A stretch of DNA of 64,000 nucleotides, taken from assembly GCA_033345155.1 (NCBI GenBank), contig JAWPOG010000045.1, forward strand, positions 5,795 to 69,794. The letters run 5' to 3'. This document shows positions 8,652 through 16,439 of this stretch, piece by piece. The stretch's first letter is position 1; every line of letters begins with the position of its first letter. Below the pieces are notes generated by a model. It had not been told where the DNA came from. It did not search any database and saw nothing but the letters and a program-made list of their open reading frames with translations. Both the position numbers and the translations under genes were made by a program. The stretch is from Alphaproteobacteria bacterium. GTDB lineage: Bacteria; Pseudomonadota; Alphaproteobacteria; Rs-D84.

Positions 8652-8935
8652 TATTATCTCCGAAAAAAATAACCGCCATGGAATTGGCGGTCGGGTGCTT
8701 TCAAAATCATACGATAAATGACCCTGCTGCTTTCGGGCAAGCCCTGTTATATAACAACAGACACCCGACCAACTTGGTCAGGCAATAACGGTGCGATGCA
8801 CCATAATGGAATCACGATGCAAACGCACCGTATCGTATGGGGTTTGAAAGCCCTGAATCCAATTCCCATCGGATTCATGTCTGATTATATCAGGAAAATA
8901 TACAAATGTAAAATTTTGTGTGTTGAATAAAAACT

Positions 8936-8968
8936 TTGTCATTCCCGCGCAGGCGGGAACAGGGTCTT
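8936..8968. repeat. ATTCCC-N8-GGGAAT palindromic repeat copy (ttgtcattcccgcgcaggcgggaacagggtcttgaaaaaattt)
   Basis: Same orientation as the 7178 copy. Inverted partner at 9331. Confidence 0.85.
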
Positions 8969-9001
8969 GAAAAAATTTGTGTGCCCTTGTACAATTTTGA
9001 T

Positions 9002-9331
9002 ATGAAAGATTATCACTTCTGGGTTTATATATTGTTTGATGAACGCGCCAAGGGAACTTATATTGGTGTGACGAATAATCTTGAACGGCGTATGTATGAA
9101 CACAAAATGGGATTAGATGACGGTTATACCAAAGAACATAATATTCATAAATTAGGATATTTTGAATACTACAAATATGTTAATAATGCGATTGCGCGTG
9201 AAAAACAATTAAAGAAATGGAAACGGGCATGGAAATATCGATTGATTGAAACAATGAATCCAAATTGGATTGATTTGGCCGACGATTTAGAGAAAAACAT
9301 AGAGTTTTGGAAAAACAAAGAAACTGTTTAG
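9002..9331 (+). CDS. GIY-YIG nuclease family protein (109 aa)
   Basis: HFWVYILFDERAKGTYIGVTNNLERRMYEH matches the GIY-YIG core (YIL..., YIG, R..EH). The 131-aa ORF-tool call from 8936 begins inside the repeat. ATG at 9002 is the likely start. Confidence 0.85.
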   Translation: MKDYHFWVYILFDERAKGTYIGVTNNLERRMYEHKMGLDDGYTKEHNIHKLGYFEYYKYVNNAIAREKQLKKWKRAWKYRLIETMNPNWIDLADDLEKNIEFWKNKETV

Positions 9332-9407
9332 ACCCTATTCCCGCCTGCGCGGGAATGACAAAGGGTATTATGCGTAAACAAACAAAAAACGCGCGGGAAT
9401 GACAAAA
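9331..9407. repeat. Inverted copy of the ATTCCC-N8-GGGAAT repeat (gaccctattcccgcctgcgcgggaatgacaaa) plus a partial extra copy (gcgcgggaatgacaaaa at 9391-9407)
   Basis: Begins at the last base of the GIY-YIG stop codon. Confidence 0.85.
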
Positions 9408-9488
9408 TTCAAGGAATCCAAGAATGGCAATTTATATAAAAAAACTACTGGAAATTATTCTGGGAATACATTATAGTCCTTTTCGCAC

Positions 9489-9564
9489 GCCGGTGTAGCT
9501 CAGCTGGTAGAGCATCTCATTCGTAATGAGGGGGTCGTAGGTTCAAGTCCTATCACCGGCACCA
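9489..9564 (+). tRNA. tRNA-Thr (anticodon CGT), CCA encoded
   Basis: Acceptor gccggtg/caccggc, D-arm gctcagctggtagagc, anticodon stem tctca/tgagg, loop ttCGTaa, T-arm gtagg-ttcaagt-cctat, 3' acca. Confidence 0.9.
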
Positions 9565-9570
9565 GATAAC

Positions 9571-9595
9571 AATCCCGCCCGCGGGATTTTTTTTG
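9571..9595 (+). terminator. Intrinsic terminator after tRNA-Thr
   Basis: aatcccgcccgcgggattttttttg. Confidence 0.75.
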
Positions 9596-9720
9596 TAAAT
9601 TTGCAAAGTGTTCAAGAAAATTTAATCGGATTGATGATTTTGATTATCAGATAATTTTCTGTTTTACTTTTTAATAATAATTGCTATAGTACACACATAC
9701 CAAAATCAAAGGATGGAAAA

Positions 9721-10389
9721 ATGGCTAAAAAAACTTCAGAAACCGTAGTTGTAAAAAACTATAAAAAAACCGGTATTATTGCGGCCCTTGTCGTTGTTGT
9801 TGCGGCTTTGGGTATTTGGGGTATCAGCGCACTTAAATCAGATTCACACACATCTTCTGTTGAGGACGCACTTGAGGTTGTGACCGAAGAAGCGGTCAGC
9901 GGCGCCGATATGCGAATCGCGGTTGTTCGTATGGATGCAATCCAGGGCGGTGCGGTTGCATTAAAAGATTTGCGTGCACAAAAAGAAAAATATGAAAATC
10001 AATTGCGTGATGAATTGACCAAAGAACAAAAAGAACTGGAAAAAGAAAAAACAGAAATCGAAAAATCTCAGGATGTTCTGTCCCGCGAAGCATTGCAGCG
10101 TCGCATTGTTGACTATCAAAACAGGGTCACAAAACTGCAACAGGAATTGACAGAACGTGCCCAGTCTGTTGAAAAGGCATATCAGCAGGCCTTGAATGAA
10201 ATCCAAGTTGAACATTTGGATCCATTAATCGAAGGCATTATCGCAAAAAAGAAATTGTCTTTGGTTGTCGATGGTCGTATGGCACGCACAGGTGCAGATA
10301 TTTCGAACCTGGACATCACAGAAGAGGTTATCAGAGCATTGGATAAAAAAGTATCCAAGATTGATATGGAAACACCAAAAGGTTTCTAA
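9721..10389 (+). CDS. OmpH/Skp-like periplasmic chaperone
   Basis: N-terminal signal anchor, long coiled-coil (QLRDELTKEQKELEKEKTEIEK...), and the OmpH-family C-terminal LDITEEVIRALDKK. Confidence 0.7.
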   Translation: MAKKTSETVVVKNYKKTGIIAALVVVVAALGIWGISALKSDSHTSSVEDALEVVTEEAVSGADMRIAVVRMDAIQGGAVALKDLRAQKEKYENQLRDELTKEQKELEKEKTEIEKSQDVLSREALQRRIVDYQNRVTKLQQELTERAQSVEKAYQQALNEIQVEHLDPLIEGIIAKKKLSLVVDGRMARTGADISNLDITEEVIRALDKKVSKIDMETPKGF

Positions 10390-10403
10390 AAGATTTAGCA
10401 ATA

Positions 10404-10434
10404 AAAAAGTCCCGCCATTGGCGGGATTTTTTTA
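10404..10434 (+). terminator. Intrinsic terminator after ompH
   Basis: aaaaaagtcccgccattggcgggatttttttat. Confidence 0.8.
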
Positions 10435-10537
10435 TATTGACTTGCTTTTTAGAAAAATCCATTGTAACCTGTATATTGATGAAACAAACAACAATAATTA
10501 TTATTAAATAAGGCTACACTGCGCTTCGCACGGTGGC

Positions 10538-10562
10538 TGGGGCGCATGGGCGCCTTTTTTTA
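10538..10562 (+). promoter_or_regulatory. Leader hairpin plus T7 (terminator/attenuator-like) 22 nt upstream of the ileS start
   Basis: ggcgcatgggcgcc followed by ttttttt. A promoter-like ttgact lies about 100 nt upstream. There is no room for a promoter between the hairpin and the ATG. Confidence 0.45.
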
Positions 10563-10583
10563 ATACAAAACACAGGAAAAAAC

Positions 10584-13500
10584 ATGACATATAAAAAGAC
10601 CGATGCACGCCCAGATTTTACCGCGCTGGAACAGCAAATGTTGTCAAAATGGGCAAATGAAAACACATTTCATAAATCGTTGGAAAATACTAAATCTGGT
10701 CGTCCATTTTCATTTTATGACGGTCCTCCGTTTGCGAATGGTACACCGCATTGGGGGCATTTGGGTGTATCGGTCGTCAAAGACATGATTGCGCGTTTCC
10801 AGACGATGAATGGACGCTTTGTTCAGCGTGAACTGGGGTGGGATTGTCATGGGCTGCCTGCGGAAAATTCTGTAGAAAAGAAACAGGGCAGGGCAGCCAA
10901 AGATATCGTTGCCAGCGATGGTATTTCGGCATTTTGCGATATGTGTCGCACAGATGTTATGACCTATGCGAACGAGTGGAATCGTTTCATCACTCGCATG
11001 GGGCGCTGGGTTGATATTGGCGATGGATATGGATATAAGACCATGGATAAAAATTATATGGAATCCATGCTGTGGACATTAAAAGAATTGTATAATCGTG
11101 GATTGTTATACAAAGATTACAGTGTAAATCCATTTGACTGGGTCAATGGTACGGTTGTATCGAATTCCGAAGCATCTCAGGACTATCGTGAAATTATTGA
11201 TGATGCGGTGACGGTTTGGTTTGAATTAGAAAATGGCGACCGTGTGATTGCTTGGACAACAACACCATGGACCTTGCCTGCAAATTCTGCGTTGGCGGTA
11301 AATCCAAATATGACATATTTGCGCATGCAGGATGCCGATGGCGCGGTTTATGTTATTGCGCAAAGCCGTCTAAAAGACTATGAAAAACAGTTTGCCAAAG
11401 CAATAGAAATCGGTCATGTATCAGGCGCAGACCTGGCGGGTATGCACTATACTCCACTGTTCCCATATTATGCGGGGGCGTCTGAATTATTATTCCGGAT
11501 TATTCCAGCAGACTATGTATCGGACAGCGACGGTACGGGCATTGTGCATATTGCACCGGCTTATGGCGCAGACGATTTTTGGGCGGCAAAAAATATCGAC
11601 CCAAAATTCCCAGTATTGTTAAATGTTGACAGTTATGGAAATTTTGATGAAACAGTCACAGATTTTGCAGGACAAAATATCTTTGAAGCAACACCTGCGA
11701 TAATGGATTGGTTAAAAACAAACGGTAAATTGGTTAAAAAAGAACAATACAAACATTCGTATCCATTTGGCGATCGCAGCAAAGAAAAATTGATTTATCG
11801 GGCAACCGATTCTTGGTATATCGATGTGCCGAAAATCAAAGATAAATTGTTGGCAAATAATGCAAAGGTAAATTGGACCAGTGCTGGCGAAAGATTCCGC
11901 AGTTGGATTGAAAACGCGCGTCCTTGGTCAATTTCCAGAAATCGTTTCTGGGGCATGCCGTTACCAATCTGGGAACGCGACGGCGAATACAAAGTATTTG
12001 GCTCAATTGCAGAATTGGAAGAATTCTTTGGCGTTGAAATAAACGACCTGCATCGTCCAACATTGGACAAATTGACCAAAGACGGTTGGACGCGTATTCC
12101 AGATGTCTTGGATTGCTGGGTCGAAAGTGGTTCTATGCCATGGGCATCCCTGCATTACCCATTTGAAAATGTTGAACGATTCAATGCAACATTTCCAGCT
12201 GACTATATTATCGAAGGTCAGGATCAAACGCGCGGTTGGTTCTATGCATTGATGGTGTTGGCGACTGCTTTGTTTGACAAGCCAGCTTTTATGGCAGTAT
12301 CAGCAAACGGTATGGTTGTGGACGAACACAAGAAAAAGTTTTCCAAATCACTGCGCAACTTTGTTGATCCGTCGGCACAAATCGAATTGTATGGCGCAGA
12401 TGCTGTGCGCTTGTATATTTTGGGCTCTAATTTTATGAAGGCTGAACCGGTCCCCGTTGACAAAGAAGGCAAGGTCTTTGCTGAATCAACAAAAACAATC
12501 CAGACACCATTGTGGAACGCATATCACTTTTTTACATTGTATGCGAACGCCGGCAATATTACTGCGTATGAAATGACGAATCCGACCAATCCGTTGGATA
12601 AATATATCTTGGCGGAATTGAATATGTTGACCGACATTGTGCGCGCAGCATTGACCGAATATAAACCGGATGTCGCCGTCAAAGAATTTGTACGATTCCT
12701 GGATATTTTGAACAATTGGTACATTCGTCGTGGTCGCGCCCGTTTCTGGGACGAAGAACAGGCTGCGTTTGACACATTATACACAGTGCTGACGCGTTTC
12801 TGTCGCGTATTGGCACCGTTTGCGCCGTTTATATCTGAATATATCTATACGAATCTGACGGGTGCAGAATCTGTGCATCTTACTTCGTTCCCAGAAACGG
12901 TTGCCACCGACACAAAAATTGTGGACGATATGCGTCGTGTACAAATGATTGTGTCAACAGGCAAGCAATTGCGTGAACAGTATAAATTGCGCAACCGTCT
13001 GCCGCTGAATTCTTTGATGGTTGCTGGTGTAAATATGCCCGAATACGCCGATATTATCCAGGACGAATTGAACGTCAAATCGGTTGTGTTCCGTGAAACA
13101 TTTGATGATGTGGCGGATTCTTTTGTGTACCTGATTACGCCAAAAATTGGCGCGCGTCTGGGTGGCGCATTACGGGAAATTATTCCTGCGGTAAAACGTG
13201 GCGATTATGAATTGGTGGGCGATAAATTATTGACTGCTGGCCATGAATTAAACGCGGACGAATTTGAAATGCGCCTGAATATGCGTGACGGTGTGACGGG
13301 CGCGGCGTTGCCAGATAACACCGCGGTTGTCGTTCTGGATACAGATGTTAATTCAGAATTAATTGCCGAAGGATTGGCAAATGATGCCCTGCGCTTTATC
13401 CAGGATACACGCAAGGCAGCAAACTTGGATGTGTCAGACCGCATTGTTTTGACATATTCGGCGGACCCGGCCCTGGCAAACGCGCTGGAAACCCATAAAA

Positions 13501-13607
13501 AGCGCATCATGCACGAAGCGTTGATTGTCAAAATGGTTGCGGGCGACGGCGAGTACGAAACCGAAATCGAGGGCTATAACCTGGCGATTTCTGTAAAACG
13601 GGCATAA
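10584..13607 (+). CDS. ileS: Isoleucyl-tRNA synthetase, type 2 (eukaryote-like)
   Basis: HIGH-type motif PFANGTPHWGHL, KMSKS as KKFSKSL, about 1008 aa. The ORF tool began at 10533, but the ATG at 10584 (MTYKKTD) is the likely start. Confidence 0.95.
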   Translation: MTYKKTDARPDFTALEQQMLSKWANENTFHKSLENTKSGRPFSFYDGPPFANGTPHWGHLGVSVVKDMIARFQTMNGRFVQRELGWDCHGLPAENSVEKKQGRAAKDIVASDGISAFCDMCRTDVMTYANEWNRFITRMGRWVDIGDGYGYKTMDKNYMESMLWTLKELYNRGLLYKDYSVNPFDWVNGTVVSNSEASQDYREIIDDAVTVWFELENGDRVIAWTTTPWTLPANSALAVNPNMTYLRMQDADGAVYVIAQSRLKDYEKQFAKAIEIGHVSGADLAGMHYTPLFPYYAGASELLFRIIPADYVSDSDGTGIVHIAPAYGADDFWAAKNIDPKFPVLLNVDSYGNFDETVTDFAGQNIFEATPAIMDWLKTNGKLVKKEQYKHSYPFGDRSKEKLIYRATDSWYIDVPKIKDKLLANNAKVNWTSAGERFRSWIENARPWSISRNRFWGMPLPIWERDGEYKVFGSIAELEEFFGVEINDLHRPTLDKLTKDGWTRIPDVLDCWVESGSMPWASLHYPFENVERFNATFPADYIIEGQDQTRGWFYALMVLATALFDKPAFMAVSANGMVVDEHKKKFSKSLRNFVDPSAQIELYGADAVRLYILGSNFMKAEPVPVDKEGKVFAESTKTIQTPLWNAYHFFTLYANAGNITAYEMTNPTNPLDKYILAELNMLTDIVRAALTEYKPDVAVKEFVRFLDILNNWYIRRGRARFWDEEQAAFDTLYTVLTRFCRVLAPFAPFISEYIYTNLTGAESVHLTSFPETVATDTKIVDDMRRVQMIVSTGKQLREQYKLRNRLPLNSLMVAGVNMPEYADIIQDELNVKSVVFRETFDDVADSFVYLITPKIGARLGGALREIIPAVKRGDYELVGDKLLTAGHELNADEFEMRLNMRDGVTGAALPDNTAVVVLDTDVNSELIAEGLANDALRFIQDTRKAANLDVSDRIVLTYSADPALANALETHKKRIMHEALIVKMVAGDGEYETEIEGYNLAISVKRA

Positions 13608-13608
13608 T

Positions 13609-14253
13609 ATGTTAACACCGCAAAGATATTTTGAATTGGTTCCCCCGACCATTGACATGACAATTCGGTCGGAACTGTATCATACAAATGAATTTAACTT
13701 TGCGGTGGCGGTGATTCTGTCTGCCCAGGCAACAGATAAAAAAGTAAACGAGGTTACGCCCGCTTTGTTTGCGGTTGCACCAACACCACAGAAAATGTTA
13801 GACCTGGGGGTTGATGGATTAAAAAATCATATCAAAGTGATTTCGTTCTTTAATAACAAGGCAAAAAATATCATCGCGTTGGCCGAACGTTTGGTTGCCG
13901 AAAATATGACAGATACATTTCCAGATAAATATCACAATCGTGATGAATTAATGCGCCTGCCCGGCATTGGACAAAAGACCGCAAATGTTATCTGTAATGT
14001 TTTGTGGCATGCGCCAAATATCGGTGTTGATACACATGTATTCCGTAATGCACACCGATATGGCTGGGTCGATGACGCGGACAATACGCCCGAAAAAGTA
14101 GAAACAAAATTACTGAAAAAAATTCCAAAAAAATATCACCCAATTGTAAATCATGTAATGGTTTTGCACGGTCGCTATGTGTGCAAAGCGCTGAGGCCTG
14201 AATGCAACAAGTGTCCAGTTGCCAGATGGTGTACATATGCCGCCAAAAAATAA
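13609..14253 (+). CDS. nth: Endonuclease III (DNA glycosylase/AP lyase)
   Basis: HhH-GPD motif LPGIGQKTANVI and 4Fe-4S cluster C-x6-C-x2-C-x5-C (CKALRPECNKCPVARWC). Start is 1 nt after the ileS stop. Confidence 0.95.
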   Translation: MLTPQRYFELVPPTIDMTIRSELYHTNEFNFAVAVILSAQATDKKVNEVTPALFAVAPTPQKMLDLGVDGLKNHIKVISFFNNKAKNIIALAERLVAENMTDTFPDKYHNRDELMRLPGIGQKTANVICNVLWHAPNIGVDTHVFRNAHRYGWVDDADNTPEKVETKLLKKIPKKYHPIVNHVMVLHGRYVCKALRPECNKCPVARWCTYAAKK

Positions 14254-14283
14254 TTTACAATAACAATAAAAGGTTAAAAAATA

Positions 14284-14739
14284 ATGACAAAGGAACAAAT
14301 AAAGAATTTTTTTATTAATGATGCTTGCAGCAGATGTAATCTAAGCGAGAAAGATATTTCGCAACAGGAAAACGTCCCCGGTTTTTTCAGAAATGTTATA
14401 GAGGTAGATTCATTAGATATTGTTGAAATATCTTTCTTACTATCATCAGAAATGAAAATTGACATATCAGACGAAGACGTTGATACAATTGCTAATTATT
14501 CACTAAAACAGATTGTTGATTTTATTCATGGTAAATATATTATTGGTAATTCTTCACCCTCGATTACGCCAAATTGTAATAACAGATTTTCTGGCTATCG
14601 TATTGAAAAAAGCGGTTCCCCTTATTGCAAAGTGTTAAAGGAAGCATGCAAACAGCCCGAGCGTTCAAACCACACAATTGAACCGTATTGCTATGTTATC
14701 GGCTGTCCTTTGTATAAATACCTTCAAAAGTCCCGCTAA
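14284..14739 (+). CDS. Acyl carrier protein paralogue with an 8-Cys C-terminal extension (151 aa)
   Basis: VIEVDSLDIVEISFLLSSEMKIDISDEDVDTIANYSLKQIVDFIHG aligns with the ACP phosphopantetheine-site DSLD..ELVM..EEEF motif. About 65 extra residues follow, with NCNN, YCKVLKEAC, YCYVIGC. Markedly lower GC than its neighbours. Confidence 0.65.
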   Translation: MTKEQIKNFFINDACSRCNLSEKDISQQENVPGFFRNVIEVDSLDIVEISFLLSSEMKIDISDEDVDTIANYSLKQIVDFIHGKYIIGNSSPSITPNCNNRFSGYRIEKSGSPYCKVLKEACKQPERSNHTIEPYCYVIGCPLYKYLQKSR

Positions 14740-14747
14740 AAAGATTT

Positions 14748-15188
14748 TTAATCTGTGGCTTTTTGCAACACTGCGGAAAATGTGGATTCTGCGACTTTTT
14801 TACCACCGACCAACGCAATTCCATGAAATTTGTACAAACTCATCTTAGAAGTTAACAGTTCCACATGCAGTTCCAGTTTATCACCAGGGCGCACCATATG
14901 CGAAAATCTAATTTTTTCCATTGTTGTAAAGTACCCCAGTGTACCTTGCCGTTCGTGTTCTGATAATCTGCTGAATGCAACAAAGCACGCGGTTTGGGCC
15001 AATGCCTCGACCTGTAAAACACCCGGCATAATTGGATTGCCTGGAAAATGCCCATCGCACCAAAATTCATCGTCTCGCACATATTTTACACCGACTGCGC
15101 TGGTATCGTTAAATTCACGAATCTCGTCAATCAGTCGCATATTACCCCGATGTGGAATAATCTTTTCGATTTCTTTTGCGTCTATCAT
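14748..15188 (-). CDS. fabZ: 3-hydroxyacyl-ACP dehydratase
   Basis: HFPGNPIMPGVL hot-dog motif. 146 aa. Confidence 0.95.
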   Translation of the reverse strand: MIDAKEIEKIIPHRGNMRLIDEIREFNDTSAVGVKYVRDDEFWCDGHFPGNPIMPGVLQVEALAQTACFVAFSRLSEHERQGTLGYFTTMEKIRFSHMVRPGDKLELHVELLTSKMSLYKFHGIALVGGKKVAESTFSAVLQKATD

Positions 15189-15210
15189 AATCCTGCCTTT
15201 TGGTTGTGTC

Positions 15211-16254
15211 TCAGTTTTTCATTTGCTTTTTTAACCACGCATAATGACGCATAAATTCTGTGCCAGGGCCCGCTGGATACCCCATATGTGATTCGCCGTC
15301 CGGAATATTGCGGAAAACGCCACTGTTTGCGCCAACGGACGCGTCGTTCCCAATTTTCACGCCGTTTGCGACCCCAACGTGTCCGCCCAGCAAAGCGCGG
15401 TCACCCACAACAACACCGCCTGCAATACCAACACCACTGGCCAAGAAACATTCGTCACCAATAACAACCCCATGTGCAATCTGGCACAGATTGTCAATTT
15501 TTGTGCCATTACCAATGCGGGTATCTGTCATCGCCCCCCGGTCTATGCATGTATTTGCACCAATTGACACGCGTTCACCGATTACCACGCGTCCAACATG
15601 TGGTATAAATATGTTTTTGTTTCCCTGACGGGTGTATCCAAACCCGTCTTTGCCAATAACTGCATTTGCGTTTATCACGCAATTTGCGCCAATTGTTGCG
15701 TTTTCGATATGTGCGCCACTTTGAACAATTGTTCCGCGCCCCAAAACAACATTTCGTCCGATAAATGCCCCAGGGTAAATTTTTACATCTGGTTCAATTA
15801 CCGCGCCCCGTTCAATTGTTACAAACTGACCAACATAGGTTGTTCTTTTTTTACGAAAGAATACCCCACGTTCAATAAAGGCGTGTTTACTGATGCCAAA
15901 TCGTGGTTTTTCCCGATAGATTTCGCCCAAAATTTTCACAATATTTCCGCGTGGGCTGTCTGTGACCAACAAGGTTGTGCCCTTGGGTGCATGCTTTGCC
16001 AATTCTGGCTGAACCAGAATCACGGTTGCACGTGTATTTTCCAATACAGATATCGGCAAAATTTTGAACGCATTACTGTTTTGTTCAGTCGAATAGAACG
16101 CCAGTTGTCCCGCCCGCGCATCGGCAATTGGTGCAACCCCACGCACAGGTTCATTCGCATTTCCACGCAGTTCCAAACCAAATTTGGCCGCCAACGCACC
16201 GGCTGTTGTTTTACTTGCCGCCGGCATAAACAAAGATCTAATTGCTTTCATCAT
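15211..16254 (-). CDS. lpxD: UDP-3-O-acylglucosamine N-acyltransferase
   Basis: Left-handed beta-helix hexapeptide repeats (IGxxxxIG...) and LpxD N-terminal domain. Likely start MMKAIRS. Confidence 0.9.
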   Translation of the reverse strand: MMKAIRSLFMPAASKTTAGALAAKFGLELRGNANEPVRGVAPIADARAGQLAFYSTEQNSNAFKILPISVLENTRATVILVQPELAKHAPKGTTLLVTDSPRGNIVKILGEIYREKPRFGISKHAFIERGVFFRKKRTTYVGQFVTIERGAVIEPDVKIYPGAFIGRNVVLGRGTIVQSGAHIENATIGANCVINANAVIGKDGFGYTRQGNKNIFIPHVGRVVIGERVSIGANTCIDRGAMTDTRIGNGTKIDNLCQIAHGVVIGDECFLASGVGIAGGVVVGDRALLGGHVGVANGVKIGNDASVGANSGVFRNIPDGESHMGYPAGPGTEFMRHYAWLKKQMKN

Positions 16255-16371
16255 AGTGCTTCGATTATAGATAAAAAAAATTCCACATTCCACATTTTTA
16301 TAAAAGTTTATATTTTTACTTGCGTTTTAATAATTACCCTATATAATGTATATTGTTCTTAAATAATAATT

Positions 16372-16402
16372 TAAGGGCGGGGTCGAAAGAAACCCCGCCC
16401 TT
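16372..16402 (+). promoter_or_regulatory. Stable hairpin in the nusA leader (agggcggggt cgaaagaa accccgccct), no T-tract
   Basis: 10-bp GC-rich stem, 36 nt upstream of the nusA ATG, downstream of tataat-like boxes. Confidence 0.3.
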
Positions 16403-16439
16403 TAACTAAGACATCTAATAACGCAAAGGAGTGTATCAA

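Noticed and set aside
8936-9001. N-terminal extension of the GIY-YIG ORF (MSFPRRREQGLEK...)
   Set aside because: It is the in-frame translation of the palindromic repeat. The conserved GIY-YIG N-terminus begins at ATG 9002.
15598-16362. 254-aa plus-strand ORF, and 122-aa ORF at 15260
   Set aside because: Antisense to lpxD hexapeptide-repeat coding sequence, which characteristically leaves stop-free antisense frames. Cys/Asn-rich nonsense protein.
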